Origin: an uncultured virus (IMG/VR IMGVR_UViG_3300028764_000001)
Lineage: Duplodnaviria; Heunggongvirae; Uroviricota; Caudoviricetes
Length of the DNA: 20,000 nt
Reading direction: 5' to 3' (one strand)
Virus record (IMG/VR): IMGVR_UViG_3300028764_000001
Shown here: positions 15,720 to 20,000 of the stretch, one piece after another
Numbering within the stretch: the stretch's first letter is position 1
Layout of the letters: each line of letters opens with the position of its first letter
Notes under the pieces: generated by a model
The model's database searches: none
What the model was told of the DNA's origin: nothing
Seen by the model: only the letters and a program-made list of their open reading frames with translations
Translations under genes and position numbers: made by a program

Positions 15720-17153
15720 ATGAACAAGAAAGCTAGTACAAAAGAGAAGTTTTCATTTCTCCCGGAATTTCAATTAGAAGTATTAAGATATATTATAAAA
15801 GACCCGGATGGTGTAACAGCTTTACAAAAGGTTAAACCTAACTATCTAACACTTATTGAACACTCAATTATTGCAGAGGGTGTATTAACATTCTTTAAAA
15901 AACACAGTCGCATACCTAGTAAGCCAATCCTGAAAGAAACCATTAAAAGGGTATTAGAGAGTAAGAACTACCTTGATCTTGTAACACAAGAAGATGTACC
16001 TGAGATTAATAAAGTAGTTGATAACCTATACCACAACCCATTAAAAGACCCAGACATTATCAGGGAAGAGGTATTTAAGTTTGCTGCATACGTTGAGATG
16101 AAGAATCTCAGTGAGTCATTTGACTTAGAAAACTTTAGTCAGTATAGCGAGTATCAAAACAAGGTAAGTAAGATTATCCAAGAGGCTAGTCCTAAAAAGG
16201 TAGATAAACCTTTAATGATGGTAAAGGGTGTTATCAGCAGGCAATTAGATAGGCAGGCAAATCCTAATGTAGTACCAACACCATTCAGGCAACTTAATGA
16301 ACTAACTAATGGTGGGGGTTATCCAAAGGGTTCAATTGTAGTACTACTTGATAAGGCTAAAGCTAAGAAATCATTCACATTGGTTAATGCTGCTAGGGGT
16401 TATCTTAGGATGAAAAAAAATGTATTATATATTGATACTGAAAATGGTAAACGGGAAATTATGGACAGGATGATACAGTCTACCCTTAATAAAACTAAAA
16501 AGGAAATGTTTTCTGGTGAACATGATAAGTTAGAACAAAAACATGTTAGGAAATATAAACGAATAGGTTCTGAGTTTATCGTTGAAAGGGTTGCTGCAAT
16601 GATATCTGATGCTAATGATATCAAGGAAATTATACATACAGTTGAAAAGGAGTTGGGGATAAAGATACATGTATTAGTATTAGATTATGCTGCTAAAATG
16701 GCATCCATAGGCAAACACAAAGATGACAATGATAGGCTATTTAATGTATATGTGGAATTACAAAACCTTGCACTAGAAGAAAACATAGAATCGGTTTGGA
16801 CTGCTAACCATGTTACAAGGGAAGGATCTAAACATAAGGAAACTAGGTATGAGGAAAATGATATTGCATCTGCTATATCTATTGTAAGAAATGCACAAGC
16901 TATCATAGGACTTAACAGTACACAGGAAGAAGAAGACAATGAGATACAAAGGATGGAAATAGTAGTTCAAAGGGATGGTAAACCATTTGGTAGAGCACTA
17001 TTCAACCTAAGTGTTGAAACACAAAGGATGAATGAATTTACAAAGGTTCAAAGGGAAGTATATGATAAAGAGTATGGACCTAAACTAGAGGCATCAATAA
17101 AGAAGAAGGTAAGGGCTGGAACAAAAGATGTAAAGGGTAACGGAGATATTTAA
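15720..17153 (+). CDS. dnaB: Replicative DnaB-like (SF4) DNA helicase
   Basis: VPTPFRQLNELTNGGGYPKGSIVV, VLYIDTEN, Walker B VLVLDY, VWTANH, DIASAISIVRNA and VQRDG match DnaB / T4 gp41 motifs. The Walker A is atypical. ATG 15720 (MNKKAS) is preferred over 15651. Confidence 0.88.
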   Translation: MNKKASTKEKFSFLPEFQLEVLRYIIKDPDGVTALQKVKPNYLTLIEHSIIAEGVLTFFKKHSRIPSKPILKETIKRVLESKNYLDLVTQEDVPEINKVVDNLYHNPLKDPDIIREEVFKFAAYVEMKNLSESFDLENFSQYSEYQNKVSKIIQEASPKKVDKPLMMVKGVISRQLDRQANPNVVPTPFRQLNELTNGGGYPKGSIVVLLDKAKAKKSFTLVNAARGYLRMKKNVLYIDTENGKREIMDRMIQSTLNKTKKEMFSGEHDKLEQKHVRKYKRIGSEFIVERVAAMISDANDIKEIIHTVEKELGIKIHVLVLDYAAKMASIGKHKDDNDRLFNVYVELQNLALEENIESVWTANHVTREGSKHKETRYEENDIASAISIVRNAQAIIGLNSTQEEEDNEIQRMEIVVQRDGKPFGRALFNLSVETQRMNEFTKVQREVYDKEYGPKLEASIKKKVRAGTKDVKGNGDI

Positions 17154-17155
17154 TC

Positions 17156-18106
17156 ATGGCAAGATACAACAACCAATTTAAAGGACGACTAAAAGCATAC
17201 CTGATCAAGCGATTGGGTATGTTTGACTATAAGCATGGTTGGATGAAAGGCAATTGCCCCTCATGTGAAAAAGAGTTTAAATTTGGGGTAAACATATCTC
17301 TGAATAGAACTAACTGTTTTGTATGTGGCTACAGTCCTTCACCCTTGGATATGGTAATGGACTTAGAAGGTCTTCATACTTATGCTGAGACCCTAGACTT
17401 TTTAGATCATGGAGATTTTGAAGGCTATGAATTTAAAGAAGTTAAGGTAGAACTAAAGGAAAGAATTGATGTATATCTACCTGATGGCTTCAGACTACTT
17501 AGTTTAGGTAAATCTCAATTAGCCAGGTCTGCAAGAAACTATATTAGTAAAAGGGGGTTTGATATAAAGAAAATGAGTCGTAAGGGCTGGGGCTATTCTA
17601 ACAGTGAAAAGTATTTTGGTTACATCATAATACCCTTCTACTCCCACAATAAACTAATATACTTTAATGCAAGAAATTATATGTCTACTGGCCCCCGGTA
17701 TAATAACCCAGATACTGATGTAACTGGGGTAGGCAAGTCAATGATATGGTATAATAAAGATGCATTCTATATGTATAAACAAGTTTATATACTAGAGGGT
17801 GCCTTTAATGCTGAAACATTGGGGGATAAAGCAACTGCATCTGGTGGCAAGTTTGTTTCAAGGTACCAGATAAATGATATTATCAAATCACCTGTTGAAC
17901 GAATAGTAATTGTATTAGACCCAGATGCTATTGATAAAGCAGTTGACTTGGCATTAAAACTGGTTGATTATAAAAGGGTGAAAGTAGTAATACTCCCAGA
18001 TGGTGAGGATGCTAATTCTTTGGGTAAAAAGGAAACAATGAAACACATATACAAAGTTAGATACCAAAACAGGCAAGATTTAATTAAACTAAAAAATGAC
18101 TTATGA
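17156..18106 (+). CDS. dnaG: DNA primase (Zn-finger + TOPRIM, DnaG / T4 gp61-like)
   Basis: CPSC...CFVC zinc ribbon, YISKRG, IIIPF...YFNAR, RYNNP, TOPRIM ILEG...LDPDA...EDAN. Directly after the helicase. Confidence 0.9.
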   Translation: MARYNNQFKGRLKAYLIKRLGMFDYKHGWMKGNCPSCEKEFKFGVNISLNRTNCFVCGYSPSPLDMVMDLEGLHTYAETLDFLDHGDFEGYEFKEVKVELKERIDVYLPDGFRLLSLGKSQLARSARNYISKRGFDIKKMSRKGWGYSNSEKYFGYIIIPFYSHNKLIYFNARNYMSTGPRYNNPDTDVTGVGKSMIWYNKDAFYMYKQVYILEGAFNAETLGDKATASGGKFVSRYQINDIIKSPVERIVIVLDPDAIDKAVDLALKLVDYKRVKVVILPDGEDANSLGKKETMKHIYKVRYQNRQDLIKLKNDL

Positions 18107-18384
18107 TACTCTGGAAAAAATACAAAGGGATAACTAAAGAATTAATAGATTCAGTGGGTTGGGAATTAGCAGGTGATAGTAGGTCTAGGTATTCTAATAC
18201 TTTTATTGTAATGGTTAAATTTAAAAACAGTAAAGATCCATATGAGCCAAGGTTTGCTAATATAATAGCATGGGCTGACAAACATGCATACCTTAACGCT
18301 AACGATCACGTATACCTTAACATAAATGGTATGTCTGGTTTAACTGAAGTATCCCATTACTCAAGAATAAACCTACCAAAATGA
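18103..18384 (+). CDS. Small hypothetical protein (possibly DUF551-like)
   Basis: 93 aa, ATGA-coupled on both sides. N-terminal W and C-terminal VSHYSRINLP loosely resemble the DUF551 V-T-H-W-x-x-L-P ending. Confidence 0.55.
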   Translation: MILWKKYKGITKELIDSVGWELAGDSRSRYSNTFIVMVKFKNSKDPYEPRFANIIAWADKHAYLNANDHVYLNINGMSGLTEVSHYSRINLPK

Positions 18385-19199
18385 GAGACCCCTCTATACA
18401 TATCAGAAAATCAAACCTAACCTGCCTACTAAAGGAGCATGGTCTTTCCCAAAAAGATATTGAAAGTATACTAACCCAGGCAAGGAAAATATCATGTGAT
18501 AACAGGTCAGTATCAATTACCAATGACAAACTAAAGAAGGACTTAACCAGGGTACTTAAAAGTAGTAAGGGAGATACTAACCTATTGGCTGACATCATAT
18601 ATTCAGTCCGAATAAAACTAAAACATAGGGGGATTAAAAAACTACATGAGACAGATAGGGACTGGCTACAATTAAAAGAACTCACCAAACTGTGCAACCA
18701 GTTCTGTGAGGATTTTGAGTTAGATAAGCGGGCTGGTTATATAAAGTATATAAGTCTGGCCTTCCCTAAAATACAATCTATGAGGGCTTACGTATCTAAG
18801 TTCATAAATATGTATGAAAGTATATGTTCTCAATATGAGGCAGTTGGAAAGCTTAAAGAGGATAAAAATCCTGAAGAAACCCAGGAATTACATGACCTGT
18901 TTATATCTAAGGTTGCAGACAGGACAGGTATATTTGAAACTTACATGAACAATGATCAAAAGATGTTAGCATTCTATAATGCAGGCAAGTTATGCAGAGA
19001 GCTGGGGGTAGACCCAAGTATTTTCATTGAAGCACAATTTGAGTCACTGGAATGGTGCAATGGTATCCCACAACCAGAAGCATTATATGGGGATAAAGCA
19101 AAAGAGAGATTAAACAAGTATTTATATCAAAACCAAATAACAGTTAAACCACAAGCCAGTAAGGATTTTTGGAAAGGCTTAAAAAACAGAACAGCATGA
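18381..19199 (+). CDS. Hypothetical protein in the replication operon
   Basis: 272-aa charged, helical-looking ORF with overlapping start/stop junctions on both sides. No motif recognised. Confidence 0.75.
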   Translation: MRDPSIHIRKSNLTCLLKEHGLSQKDIESILTQARKISCDNRSVSITNDKLKKDLTRVLKSSKGDTNLLADIIYSVRIKLKHRGIKKLHETDRDWLQLKELTKLCNQFCEDFELDKRAGYIKYISLAFPKIQSMRAYVSKFINMYESICSQYEAVGKLKEDKNPEETQELHDLFISKVADRTGIFETYMNNDQKMLAFYNAGKLCRELGVDPSIFIEAQFESLEWCNGIPQPEALYGDKAKERLNKYLYQNQITVKPQASKDFWKGLKNRTA

Positions 19200-19405
19200 T
19201 GAGACACAAAAAATTTAAAGCAAAACTAGCTGAGATATCTGGTTACAAAACCACCTATGCTCAATTGAACCTAAGCCAAACTATTAAAATCATGAGGGCA
19301 GTTAAGAAACTGTTTGGTGATATGAGCATGATTGAGTACCATGAACTAATAGAAAAGTTTCCTAATTTAGGAAAGGGTGCTGATTTTCATGATCTGCCAT
19401 TCTGA
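19196..19405 (+). CDS. Small hypothetical protein
   Basis: ATG at 19196 or 19199 overlaps the upstream TGA. Its own TGA overlaps the next ATG (TGATG at 19403-19407). Confidence 0.6.
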   Translation: MMRHKKFKAKLAEISGYKTTYAQLNLSQTIKIMRAVKKLFGDMSMIEYHELIEKFPNLGKGADFHDLPF

Positions 19406-20000
19406 TGAAAAAAATAAACATAGAAATTATAAACTATAACCAGGGCCAGTTAGATGGTCCTATGGTTATTATGAATAAGCTATATGAAGAGTTTGGTATA
19501 AAACACCCAAATGCTTGGCATATAAAGATGGCTGGTGGTAGGGAATGGGATGGCATAGTACATTACATAACTGAGTATGGTAAATTCAAAATAGGTCTTT
19601 TACCCATAATCTATAAAAGGTTGGTTGAGTTAGAATATGAGGTTAAAGTTATTGATAACCGAGAACCCATAAGAATTGTACCTAAGGTACCAAAGATGGT
19701 AGGTAATTTAAAACCAAGGCCACAACAAAGGCAGGTAATGGATGCTATCATAAATAACAAAGTTGGAGGTAAGCCATTCTATATAGGTACACAAAACTTA
19801 GCTGTTAACTTTGGTAAGTCAATGATAATGGCTGGACTATACCTTGCATTTAAAAAAGGTTTAAAAACCCTATTACTAACTAATGATAAGGACTGGCTAG
19901 AACAATCAAGGTCTGAATTTAAGGACTTACTACCTGGTGAGAATATAACATTTGTACAGGGGGGTAAGGTATTTAACTGGGGCAACTTCTCTATAGGTAT
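19405..20000 (+). CDS. SF2 DNA helicase (UvsW-like), 3'-truncated; absent from the supplied ORF track
   Basis: Open from ATG 19405 to the window end: MKKINIEII...GREWDGIVHY...FKIGLLP...LKPRPQQ (Q motif)...LAVNFGKS (Walker A, 19798-19821)...LLLTNDKDWLEQ (motif Ia). Confidence 0.85.
   Translation, partial: MKKINIEIINYNQGQLDGPMVIMNKLYEEFGIKHPNAWHIKMAGGREWDGIVHYITEYGKFKIGLLPIIYKRLVELEYEVKVIDNREPIRIVPKVPKMVGNLKPRPQQRQVMDAIINNKVGGKPFYIGTQNLAVNFGKSMIMAGLYLAFKKGLKTLLLTNDKDWLEQSRSEFKDLLPGENITFVQGGKVFNWGNFSIG

Noticed and set aside
1..20000. Stop-codon reassignment, CRISPR array, tRNA, intron/intein or diversity-generating retroelement
   Set aside because: Genes are full length and tightly packed in the standard code and use TAA, TAG and TGA stops. 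No repeat-spacer array, cloverleaf, intein motif or reverse transcriptase was seen.

Overview
AT-rich segment of a tailed dsDNA phage with a contractile (myovirus-type) tail. The host is probably Bacteroidota, because there is a TTG-N19-TAnnTTTG promoter and the likely starts lack Shine-Dalgarno motifs. Positions 1-14848 (+) hold a tail/baseplate operon: virion-morphogenesis protein (partial), tail terminator, sheath, tube, tail assembly chaperone with an unannotated -1 frameshift extension, tape measure, tube initiator, LysM/gpX, a gpD-like hub split over two ORFs, spike, gp25, baseplate J, gpI-like wedge and one short fibre-like protein. An intrinsic terminator closes the operon. A lone minus-strand sigma-70-like gene behind a host-type promoter separates it from a + strand replication operon: DnaB-like helicase with a glycine-free Walker A, primase, three unknown ORFs and a UvsW-like SF2 helicase that runs off the window. 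CpG is strongly depleted in the stretches counted. The layout recalls Flandersviridae/Gubaphage-like Bacteroidota myoviruses (inference only). All product calls come from motif recognition and gene order, not database searches.
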